A DNA stretch of 64,000 bases from Octopus bimaculoides (lineage: Eukaryota): NCBI RefSeq assembly GCF_001194135.2, contig NC_068995.1:30997811-31061810 (forward strand), written 5' to 3'. A model generated the notes under the pieces. It did not search any database. It was not told the DNA's origin and was given only the letters and a program-made list of their open reading frames with translations. This document shows positions 40,578 through 50,946 of this stretch, one piece after another. The translations under genes were made by a program, and so were the position numbers. Within the stretch, counting starts at the first letter, position 1, and every line of letters starts with the position of its first letter.

Positions 40578-40652
40578 TCAGTCAAGGATTGTCCTTCCAA
40601 TCTCCATGAAGCTGCAGCTGATTGTATCTGTTCAGCATTGTGTAGTGTAGAG
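40578..40652 (+). CDS. TNPO3: TNPO3 exon: SVKDCPSNLHEAAADCICSALCSVE
   Basis: tttacag|TCA...GAG|gtaaga; 75 nt; conserved SNLHEAAxDCxCSAL. Confidence 0.95.
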
Positions 40653-41074
40653 GTAAGATTTATTACTGGACTGCTAAAGGGTTAAACATGGGTGCACACA
40701 TCATGGCAGCAAACCAAACAACACTTCCTTGCTTGACAACACTTTTCTACTTCACAGTTCAATGATTAACAATAGGAAGGGCATCCTATTGTAAAACTAA
40801 TAAATGGGTTAACACTGTTGTGTATATTAACTGAATTTGGGAAAGAAATTTATTTTCAGTGATGTTGGTTTGGAAACAAAAGTGAAACAATAGATTTCGG
40901 TCGGCATCTTTGTGATATTCTATATGTATTGAGTGAACCTTTAGTTTATGTTCAATGGTTTTTGTGCGATGAGATAGACTGGTCCAAGTAAAGTATAAAT
41001 AGTAACGGCCCAAGTGAGTTCAGAGTTTGGAGTTGAGTGAAGTTCATGTCAATAAGACCTATTAGCTTCCATAG

Positions 41075-41568
41075 TATATTGCAAAAGCAACAAGAGCTGC
41101 AGAAGCAGCTATTACAGCAACAACTACAATAACAATTATTGGGGCAATATTCAAAGAAGTCCAAAAATGAGGTAAGTTCATTTTCACCAGACAGTGTTTC
41201 AAGCTTGATTAATGAATTCAATTATAACCCAGAGGAGGGTATAACTTTTGCATCGTACTACGGAAGGTATGAGGAGATTTTTAAGCAAGACTGCAAATCA
41301 TGGTCAGATGGACAAAAAGTGAATTTTTATTGTGAAAATTAGATCCATTAGAGTATGAATGTTACTGTAGTTTCATGTTGCCCAAAAACCCAATGAAGTT
41401 TGTTTTAAAGAAACAATAGAACTACTGTCTAACATATTTGGTGATAAAACTTCTATTTAACACTCAAATGGAGTGTTGGAATATAACGAAAGAGAATAAT
41501 GATTTTATCACATGCAGGAACAGCCAGCAGAATGTGTGAAAGTTTTAAACTTAACAAACTTGCACTTG
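41075..41568 (+). mobile_element. Decayed Ty3/Gypsy gag fragment
   Basis: EFNYNPEEGITFASYYGRYEEIFKQDCKSWSDGQKV, then with frameshifts LDPLEYECY.SFMLPK and FKETIELLSNIFGDKT; resembles invertebrate Gypsy gag (FxxWxxRYEDxF...LLRKL...YILPK...IFG). Confidence 0.75.
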
Positions 41569-41744
41569 AAAAAGGAAAGTACACACACTTTACATAGTTT
41601 TAATATAATTTTTAATATATCGACTGGTTTCGCTTTCGCTATTCATGATAAGTAAACCTTAATATCATGAATAGGGAAAGTGAAACCGGTCGATATATTA
41701 AAAATTATATCAAAACTATGTAAAGTGTGTGTACTTTTCTTTTT
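41569..41744. mobile_element. Near-perfect 82-bp-arm fold-back element with an A3:U8 hammerhead-like motif in each arm
   Basis: Gapless pairing 41569-41650 with 41663-41744 (two mismatches, three G:U), 12-nt loop. Confidence 0.8.
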
Positions 41745-41846
41745 TAATTTCTTTTACACACACACACACACACATATATATTTATTTATACACTTGCATA
41801 TTTCTTAACTTTTGCTTTTCGTTAACAATATTCATTAATTTTCTAG

Positions 41847-41947
41847 GAATTGGGAAAAAATCTGGATTTAGCAAAAGCTCTGTTCCAAGGTGTTTTAACT
41901 TTGCAAGAAGCCTACCACATATCTGTGGCACAAGAGGACACTGACAA
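41847..41947 (+). CDS. TNPO3: TNPO3 exon: [33 protein letters not shown](K)
   Basis: ttctag|GAA...GAC AA|gtatgt; 101 nt; conserved LFQGVLTL. Confidence 0.96.
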
Positions 41948-42609
41948 GTATGTTGGAATTTTAGTTATATTTTTTTTGTTGTTAATACCATTAGTTTCAT
42001 ATAACTTAGCTTCTGTTTTTGTCTTGGATCTGCTGTAACTTAAGAAATAAGAAATTTGAGGGCTGTAATTCATGGATGGTGGTCTTACAGGAATTGAGGT
42101 GGTGGGTAAAAGCTGCCCTGTTTGTTGGGGTGAGGAGTGATTTTCTCCCAGTGTTGTTGGCTTTGCTCTTTGCTTGGATTGTTACAGCACAGCTACAACT
42201 AAATCTCTTGGAGAATTGTGGTTTTTGGTTGTGTGTGACATATGAGCCACAGCACATCGGCTTGATGCCAAGATGGCAGCCCCATCGTCCAACTGTTCTG
42301 CAGAGGACCAGCAACTTTCTCAGAAGAACCCTCAACCTGCTATGTCACTGACCAGAAGAAACTAGACTGACCAACATCAGAATGGACCCCTGCATACCCC
42401 TGAAAAGGATGCAGAGGGGCTGGCATGGGATCACTAGCGATGGAGAGCACTGATAGACTTGGTCAGTTATACCTATGATGACGTCTCTGGGATCAACTAC
42501 TTGGGATGACCCCAGCCCCAGCCCCGTGAAGTGAAGCAAAGTGGTTTATGGAGGAACATACTTATGAGGAGCTGTCTCTGAGGGGTCAGTGATGATGCTA
42601 TTTGCCACC

Positions 42610-43340
42610 AGAGATAATTAATATTTGTCTATACAAATTTTCCCAACAGAATTTGACCATTAAATCATTAGAGTTTAATGTTAATGCATTTGTAGTTAGA
42701 CATATGTATGTTAATTATAGCTATGTATTGCAATATGACTGTTGCTTCCATAATCAATCATCTATTCGTGTGGGGAATTCTATAAAGTATGAATGTATTT
42801 TCTGTTAATGTTTTCTTATCTTTGTTTGATGCTGTATGGGGTAGTGTGTTGCAAGTGCTCCTTGTTTTAGATGCATGATTAGCCTACAAGAGATTTTTTG
42901 TATTTGTCTGCTTAATGTAACAGTTATAATTGTAAATTTGTAACTTTCACTATTACAGTTAAATTATATTTTACATTGGTTACTTGTAAGCTTGTTCTCA
43001 GGTTTACATGTCTGCAGTGTGCTCTTAATAAGGAGATTTTTTGATCTTACTGTTGTTTGTAATATATTCCTAGTATCAGCTTACAGTTTGGTGTTACGCA
43101 TTTTGTGTCTCATTTTATGAAATTTCTGATTATGGGTTCATCTGATCTACACTTGACATGCACTTTATTCATATACTACACTTTATGTGTAATATGTGTA
43201 TTTTTAGTATAGATACTAATACAAATAAATGTTATCTGTCTTCAGTTTTCCTCTTTCTGTCTTTTTAACTATATAATTGTGCCCCTTCGTTGTTTTGTCT
43301 TCTGTATCTATAGCAATGTTATTCTGGTTTGAAGCAAGCG
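42610..43340 (-). mobile_element. Decayed Penelope-like element, GIY-YIG endonuclease region
   Basis: Minus strand with frameshifts: DEPIIRNFIK...KLILGIYYK...NYNCYIKQT..SCRLIMHLKQGALATH...LTENTFILYR...LIMEATVI...IINI; resembles the PLE YIGQT..L..RL.MH...G...H / LEA..I...P.IN pattern. Confidence 0.62.
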
Positions 43341-43420
43341 TATTCCCAGTATTTTCATTTTTACAAATGTTTTCTTAAGTAAATGAAAGAATTTCACAGA
43401 ACTCTGTTTTCATTTTCCAG

Positions 43421-43496
43421 AACAATCAATTATTGTAGAATTTTTGCAGAAATGGCTGAATCCTTTTTACCTGCTATAATTTCTAGTCCAAACCAG
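43421..43496 (+). CDS. TNPO3: TNPO3 exon: (K)TINYCRIFAEMAESFLPAIISSPNQ
   Basis: ttccag|A ACA...CAG|gtaagt; 76 nt; conserved NYCRIF. Confidence 0.95.
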
Positions 43497-43756
43497 GTAA
43501 GTTAGATTAGTTGCTGTTTCCTCTCAAGTTAGCCCTGTTGGAATAGACCTATACTCAAAGACATTCCATTCATGACCGTCCAGCACTATATTGTCCAAAG
43601 TATTTTTTTTTTAAGATCAGTTTTAGTTGTACAATTTCCCTCTTATTTGGTTAATCATTATTTTAGGAGTAGGGGAGGAATTCCGATGTGGAGACATATT
43701 TAATCATTGAAATGTTTTTGCAATTTTTAATTTAGTAAAAAAATATTTTTATTATG

Positions 43757-43792
43757 AATAATAATAATAATAATAATAATTATTATTATTAT

Positions 43793-43825
<33 letters not shown>
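43757..43825. repeat. Compound microsatellite (AAT)n(TAT)n(TAG)n
   Basis: Seen directly; the AAT/TAT half is self-complementary. Confidence 0.95.
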
Positions 43826-43826
<1 letters not shown>

Positions 43827-45119
43827 TGGTCAGTGCAGAAATAATTACGGTTTTTAACCATGAACTTTAAGACATTTCTTGGCTGTGGATAAATTTTAAT
43901 GATCAAAATAACCACTAGAACCTGTACATGTACCCACTTCTGTTTCTACTGTAGTCACATTCACTCAAAGGGGATCTTTAGTCTTGCAAGCTGTATGGTA
44001 ACCTCACTAGTGCTGGTACCATGGAAAAAGTACCCATTGCATGCTGTAAAGTGGTTGGCATTTGGAAGGAAACCAGGCCAAAGCAAACATTGGAGCATGG
44101 TGCAGTCCTCAGAGACATCAGTTCCTGTCAAACCATCCAACCCATGTCAGCATGGAACATGAAGGGTGATGATGTATCTTAGAATTCTGGAGTCTTGAAA
44201 CTAGGGAATACTTGAAAGGCATATTGAGCTGCTGCTGCTACTTGACATTATTGCAAGATGCTTGGAAAAATGGCAGTTGGCCAGATACAGTTCTGGGAAG
44301 TGAGCTGGCTGGTGCAGAGTTTCATAGCTCTGTCAGTTGGGACTTGGTTGGATGTTGTCATTGAGAAGGTTGGTCCTTTTTGACTGACCAATACTGGATT
44401 GAACCTTGCAGTTCTTGGCTCATTTTCTTGATACTTCTCCACCCTGATGATTTTGCCAGACTTCAAGAAACAGTAATGAATGATTCCATTTGCCAACCAC
44501 CAACCTGTGACCATAATTTTCTTTTGATGTAGCTTTCATTTTGGAAAGTGTTTTGGTGCTTCACTCTGGTTCTGCCACTTCACAGGCAGCAGTTGCTTGT
44601 TTTGTAGAATCCATTTTATGTCTACTTAGGATATAATTAAAAAAATGAACTTTTTTTTCTTTTGTGGTTGCAGGAAAGACATCATAACATCCATTCTCTC
44701 ATCCATTTAATTTGTGCATCCCCTGTTTGTTGAGCTTTTTGACTTTCCAATGTGATGCAAATTGTCAACAACTGTTGGATATTTAACATTTAGTTCTGCA
44801 TTCTCTTGAGTTGTTTTTCATAAGCTCATTTTAATAATGGTCCTTCGTGGGTTGTTGTCAATTGATAGTCTGTGATATTCCTCTTCCTCAAGGTTCTTGT
44901 CTCTTCTATAAAATTTTTGGAACAAGAGTTGAACTGTTGAAACTCTATGGTTGTTGACAGCCTCCTGGCTAAATGCTAGGTTGATATTGTGTTCAAGTTT
45001 GATCTTATATAATAAAATTTGCTTGAATTTACTTGTAAACCATTAGCATAAAATGAGTGAAATCTGTGCTTTAAAATGGTTAATTACATGAACCACAATT
45101 AGTTTTGCACCAACCTAAT
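43826..45119 (-). mobile_element. Hsmar1-like mariner relic with both TIRs and a disrupted interior
   Basis: Right end aaccacaattagttttgcaccaacctaat and left end ttggtcagtgcagaaataattacggttttt resemble the Hsmar1/MADE1 TIR; minus strand KNRNYFCTD at the end; N-terminal remnant FQKFYRRDKNLEEEE...TTQENAELNV at about 44700-44940. Confidence 0.72.
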
Positions 45120-45389
45120 GATATTAATGGTAGTGGATGGCTGAATTAGTAGAGTGTTGGGCAAAATGCCTTGCAATATTTGTTCTGGCTCTATGTTCTG
45201 AGTTCAAATCTCACGCTTCATCTCTCTGAAGTCAATATAATAAAATATCTATCAAGAACTATGGTTGATGTAGTCATCTGTTCTCCTTCCCTGAATTTAG
45301 GCCTTGTACCTATTTAAGAAACAATTATGATTATTATTATTGTTGTTGTTGTTGTGTTTTGTTTATTGATTTATTTATATTTTTTGCAG

Positions 45390-45452
45390 GGTCTTGGTGA
45401 CTTTACATCCTTAGATCTGCTTTTAACATGTGTAGGCCATCACTTATATGAA
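45390..45452 (+). CDS. TNPO3: TNPO3 exon: GLGDFTSLDLLLTCVGHHLYE
   Basis: ttgcag|GGT...GAA|gtaagt; 63 nt. Confidence 0.95.
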
Positions 45453-45607
45453 GTAAGTATAAAGCTTATTGGGAAAAGTTTTGTTAGAAATAATAATAAT
45501 AATAATAATGATTCTAGAAAATTCTTTTATTTTGGTATCTGAATGTCAGTGGCAATTCATGGTTTGTGAAACATTTTCAAGAAAGTTTCATGTTTTATTT
45601 TTTGCAG

Positions 45608-45754
45608 GTTGCAGAAATCACTTTCAATTTTTGGTATCGTCTTTCGGAAGAACTCTACCACAAAAATGATTCCCAGATGAATGAAATATTCCGTCCTTAT
45701 ATTCAGAGATTAATTGTAGCTTTATGTCGGCATTGTCAACTTGAACCTGATCAC
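45608..45754 (+). CDS. TNPO3: TNPO3 exon: [49 protein letters not shown]
   Basis: ttgcag|GTT...CAC|gtaagt; 147 nt; conserved FNFWYRL and RHCQLEPDH. Confidence 0.97.
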
Positions 45755-46088
45755 GTAAGTCTAGCATCTGTTGGAATAGTTGTATTAAGAAATGCCAGAT
45801 TACAGAACATCATCATCATTATCATCATTTAACGTCCGTTGTTCATGCTGGCATGGGTTGGATGGTTTGACTGGGCTGGCACACTGGAAGGCTGTGCCAG
45901 ACTCCAAACATTTTGTCTAAATTCTTGCTGAACTTTTGTTCTAAGGAAGATGCTTCGTACTTGTTAACTTTATTTGTTTATATTATGAGATTTAAGATGA
46001 TGTAGTTCTAGCTTCAAGATCATAACTTCGAATGTTGTAATATCTACATATTTATTTAATTTACTGAATCTAGTCACTTCTTGTTGTT

Positions 46089-46394
46089 CAGTAGTTCTCA
46101 ACCATTTTTTACCCCTTTTTGATTCTGGTGGACCCCCATAACCATTCGATGATTAAAAACTAGTTTTACAGAGATTCCCTTCATAATTCGTATTTTGTCT
46201 TTCAAACATTCACTAGTGTAGGTTGAAGTGTGTAAAATGTCAGAGAGAGAAACCTAACTTTTTCTTGCAAATTTTATTCATGAATCCATAAAATACTACT
46301 TTGGATCCCTAACTTACCATTTTGCTTTGTATGGACCCCACAAAATCTTATGTGGACTACAAGGGATCGTATGGACCTCGGTTGAGAACCACTG
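46089..46394. mobile_element. hAT-type MITE
   Basis: TIRs CAGTAGTTCTCAACC / GGTTGAGAACCACTG; same family as 20290; TSD not preserved. Confidence 0.72.
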
Positions 46395-46794
46395 TTCTGC
46401 ATCAATCTAGTGCAAATGAAGGAACCTCTCTGAGGTTATTTGATCTGGGAAAAATAACTGACAGGTTTTCCTTAAATCACACTGTACTGTCGTAAAAAGG
46501 GAATGGATAATGTGGGGTTTTTTTTCCATACATGTACCAAGAAGGGAACCTCTATTCACCTGATAGAAGTAGCAATCTAATTTCCCTCTAATCACACTCC
46601 ATAATGTATTCTTAGATATACTATCTCTGGAAATTAACATAATTATAGTTGAAACAATTTTTACCCAGTCTCTCTTGGATGAGGGGTGACTTGGGACATA
46701 ACAACAACTACACATAGAACACACAAAGTTACTTGATAAAATTTAGCTTTCTTTTTTCAGAGTTGGAAAACATTTTAGTCTAAACAGCTGTTTA

Positions 46795-46827
<33 letters not shown>

Positions 46828-47939
46828 CTATGTAAGACAATACACCTCATCATCATCATATTTACTGTCCATGTTCCATGTAGGCATGGGTTGGACAGTT
46901 GTCCTAAGGAGTGCCTCATGCTCCACTGTCTGCTTTGGCATGATTTTTAAGGCTGGGTGCTCTTCCTAATGCCGAGTGCTCTTGCTACAATGTACTTGGT
47001 GCTTTTTGTTTAGCAACAGCACCAGTGAGGTTGCCAGGTAGACTATAAACTATGAACTCCCAGTGGAAAGGAGGAACTTTATGTTAGGAGGACAGGGAGT
47101 AGAGTGGAGCAAAATATAAGAGAAAGGTCTGGAGTAGAACAAGTTTCTTACTGTGGGGGAGCAACATGACTATTCACATTTTAGAGGAGAGAGTGAGGTT
47201 GGATGGGTGGAAGGTGATATAAGTGGTCATGAGATGTCTGAGTGGACATCTCATCATCATTGAAATCTTGAAGTTATGAGACAATGCACAATTAATTTTA
47301 AACAATTTGAACAAATCAGTTTTACATTTGACAGAGTAATCTGAATAGTAAAAAGTTAAACCATATCATCCATGTACAACTCTCACCATTCCTCAGTCAG
47401 GGAGTGGGGATGGCTCCTGCTAAATAACCATCTACAAACCACCAAGGAATTCTCTGTTCATCATTTGATCTGCTGTTTCTGACAGCTAAATGTCTCTCAA
47501 GCCACACTATGCCATGTTAAGAAAGAAAAAAAAAAAATCAAGGAAGGACATTTTGGATGAAGTGCTGGGGAAACAAAAAAGCAAAGTAGTCATTGGCTGG
47601 AGCCTCTTTGAGAGTATACGAGGAGGATAAACAACAAGAAACTGGATCCAATTCTAAAATAAAAGTTGACTTCAATAACTGATGTTCTGTAGATTAGGTA
47701 GTTTTGTAAAAGTAAAATAACATTTAGTGGGATGGTCATGGCTGGAGCCTCTTTGTAAAAATGAAATAACATTTAGCGAAATGGTAATGGTTGGAGCCAC
47801 CTTGTAAAAATAAAATAACATTTGATTTTCAAAGCAAATTGAATTTCTGTATGTGAACCAAGAAAATGTCTAGTAAAAGCCCCAATATTTTTTGTTGTTT
47901 TATTTAATTTTGTGTTGTTTTTTTCCTTTTTTATTACAG

Positions 47940-48047
47940 GAAGGTGTCCCTGATGAGAGTTCAGATTTTGGAGAGTTTAGAACGAGAGTCTCTGAATTAA
48001 CGAAGGATATTATATTTATTGTTGGACCATCAGTTTGTTTTACACAG
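47940..48047 (+). CDS. TNPO3: TNPO3 exon: [36 protein letters not shown]
   Basis: ttacag|GAA...CAG|gtagta; 108 nt; conserved DFGEFRxRVS. Confidence 0.96.
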
Positions 48048-48510
48048 GTAGTAACTAGTTGAGAGTTTTCTTTGCACCAACATATGTATTTTCCACCAAT
48101 AAACATAGATGAACATTTATATATCTTAATTTCTTTAACACCAAACCAAGAGAACCTCTGTAGTTACTCATCTTGCTAGAAATAGCAATTAAATCTTCCA
48201 AATCACACCATACTGTCAAAAACATTGGACAGTACATTTATATACAAGTTTAGCGGAGTCAGTCTCTTTTCTATTCACTCTATCTACATCAGAAACTTTG
48301 CTGTGACTTTCCTATAAAACTCACATGAACCAATATGGAAGACTATTTGGTTATTCAACCTGACTGAAATAACAAATCCCTCTCAAATTGCACCCTACTC
48401 TTTGAGAAATAGGAGAACACATTGGATAATGTAGTCTAGAAAAAAAAAGATGGAATCATGACAGCCGGAAAGCCTTTTTGTATATGTGCCCTTGATTTGA
48501 TATCACATGC

Positions 48511-48540
48511 TAATTGTAAACAAACATTTGTTTACAATTA
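48511..48540. repeat. Perfect 14-bp inverted repeat with a 2-nt spacer
   Basis: taattgtaaacaaa-ca-tttgtttacaatta. Confidence 0.9.
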
Positions 48541-48721
48541 ATGCCTTCTCTTTGATGGCCTAGAGATAAACAATTAACAACAGCTTTCTACTGAAGTAAT
48601 CTACTTTTAAAAAACGACAGCTCAAAATTACGTTTACAGAAATCTTACTGGAAGTCAGGATTTGAATATGAACTCAACACTCTGAGTTAATGAAACATTT
48701 GTTAATACCACAGTCCTGTCT

Positions 48722-48930
48722 AAGGGGGCGAGCTGACAGAATTGTTAGCATGCCAGGTAAAATGCTTAGCAGCATTTCATCTGTCTTTATGTTCTGAGTT
48801 CAAATTCCGCCAAGGTTGACTTTGCCTCTCATCCTTTTGGGATTGATAAAATAAATACCAGTTGAGTACTAGGGTTGATCTATCCCTCCCTCGAAATTGC
48901 AGGCCTTGTGCCAAAACTTGAAAGCAGTAT
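48722..48930 (+). mobile_element. SINE family B with a 13-bp target-site duplication
   Basis: TSD cacagtcctgtct at 48709-48721 and 48931-48943. Confidence 0.88.
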
Positions 48931-49076
48931 CACAGTCCTGTCTCTGGTCAGATGGTGTATATCATTTACAAGTAAAGTTCTTCATAATGATACAAACATG
49001 TTAACTTGCTTATCCAGTAACTGTTTTTTGCATTTAACTTTGTTATAAAATAAATTTCTAAATGTTTATTTTCTAG

Positions 49077-49174
49077 ATGTTTACAACTCTGCAGTCACAA
49101 TCCGTTAGCAGTTCCTGGGATATTGCTGAGGCAGGTCTGTTTCTGATGACTGCTGTTGCCAAAAATGTTTCTCC
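49077..49174 (+). CDS. TNPO3: TNPO3 exon: MFTTLQSQSVSSSWDIAEAGLFLMTAVAKNVS(P)
   Basis: ttctag|ATG...TCT CC|gtaagt; 98 nt. Confidence 0.93.
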
Positions 49175-49617
49175 GTAAGTATTACCTCTAAATGGGTCTC
49201 AGTTATACTAAGAAACTCAGTTATATGTAGGTTTAACAGTGTAACTATTACTGTGTAGTTAAGCATTTTGGTTAACAACTACATGGTCTTGGTTTCAATC
49301 CTACTGTGCAGCATCTTGGTCAGATGACAAAACCAATGATTTGTGAGTGGAATTTGGTTAACAACACTTATGTGGAAGCTTGTCAGGTAGGTGGTAGATT
49401 TACTCCCTGTTTGATGCTACCATCTGGTCCTTGGGTACCTTTACCAGAATCCACTTTGACACAAACATTTGGGCATCAGATAGGATTTTCTGAGGCAGAT
49501 TTTCTATGACCAGATACCCTTCCTGTTGCCAACTCTCATCTGTTTCCAAGCAAAGTAATACCCTCATAATCAGATGTTTCCACAGAGGATTGGAAACAAA
49601 TAACACTGCTTATATCA

Positions 49618-50060
49618 TCATCATCTTCATCATCGTTTAACGTTCATTTTCCATGCTGGCATGGGTTGGACAGCTTGACTGGGATCTGGCAAACCAGGAG
49701 GCTGCATCAGGCTCCAATCTAATCTGGCAATGTTTCTACAGCTGGGTGCCCTTCCTAACGCCAACCACTCTGAGAGTGTAGTGGGTGCTTTTTACGTGCC
49801 ACCAGCACAGAAGCCAGTCGGGGTGATGGAGCTGGCATCGACCATGTTTGGTTGGTGCTTTTTACATGCCACTGGCCCGGGAGCCAGTCAGGCAGCGCTG
49901 GCATCAGCCACGTTTGGATGGTGTTTTTTATGTGCCACTGGCACAGGAACCAGTTGGGGCAAGGGAGTTGGCATTGACTACGTTTGGATGGTGCTTTTTA
50001 ACGTGCCACCAGCACGGGGGGTTAGTCAGGCGGCACTTACAACGACTCACGTATTGTGTA
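49618..50060 (-). mobile_element. RTE-related 3' end with four diverged ~60-65-bp internal tandem units
   Basis: (CAT)n tail at 49618; repeated ggtgctttttacgtgccac...ctggcat...cgtttggat units at 49785-50040. Confidence 0.75.
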
Positions 50061-50809
50061 CAAATACTGATGCCAAGAGAAGGTGACACATGCACATGTG
50101 CACACAGCTTCTTTCAGTTTCGGTCTACCAATTCCACTCAAAAGGCTTTGGTCAACCTTGGGCAATAGTAGAAGACACTTTCTTACTGAAGGTGCTGCTC
50201 ATTAGGACTGAACCCAAAACCATGTTGTTGGAAGCAAACTTCTTAAGCACTCAGCCATTTCTACATTTGTGCATTTATATTTTAATATGTTCATGTACAC
50301 CTCAAAATAAGCAATAAGCTCTTTTATCTCTTTTACTTGTTTCAGCCATTACACTGCGGCCATGCTGGGGCACCGTCTTGAATTTTTAGTTGAATGAATC
50401 AACCCCAGTACTTACTATTTTTTTTAAAGCCTGGTACTTACTCTATCAATCTCTTTTGCCAAGCTGCTAAGTTATGGGGACGTAAGCACACCAACACCGA
50501 TTGTCAAGCAGTGGTGAGGGACAAATACATACACAAAGACACACACACACACATATAAATGATGGGCTTCTTTCAGTTTCTGTGTACCAAATCCACTCAA
50601 GGCTTGCCCAAGGTGCCACAAAGTAGGTCTGAACCCAGAACCATGTGGTTGAGAAACAAACTTCTTACCACAACATTAGCACATGCCCATTCTTACCCTC
50701 CCCCTCTCTCTCTTCCTCATACACACACACATATTCATTCACTCAAAAAGACATCCACACATGCTCTCACTCAGTCAAACATGTAATAAATGTCTGTTGG
50801 AACTTTCAG

Positions 50810-50946
50810 AGATGAGAATGATGTTCCCCAGGTAATTGAAGCTATGTTGTCATTACCTGCTGACTGCCATGTTGCTGTCAGGTATACCAGTATACAGTTA
50901 ATTGGAGAACTCTGTGAATGGATTGAGAAACATCCTCACCTTTTAG
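50810..50946 (+). CDS. TNPO3: TNPO3 exon: (P)DENDVPQVIEAMLSLPADCHVAVRYTSIQLIGELCEWIEKHPHLL(D)
   Basis: tttcag|A GAT...TTA G|gtaagt; 137 nt; conserved HxAVRYTSI. Confidence 0.95.

Noticed and set aside
42030-42600. GC-richer segment with short hairpins, considered as a LINE 5' end with an HDV-like ribozyme
   Set aside because: I could not assemble the nested double-pseudoknot pairings by eye.
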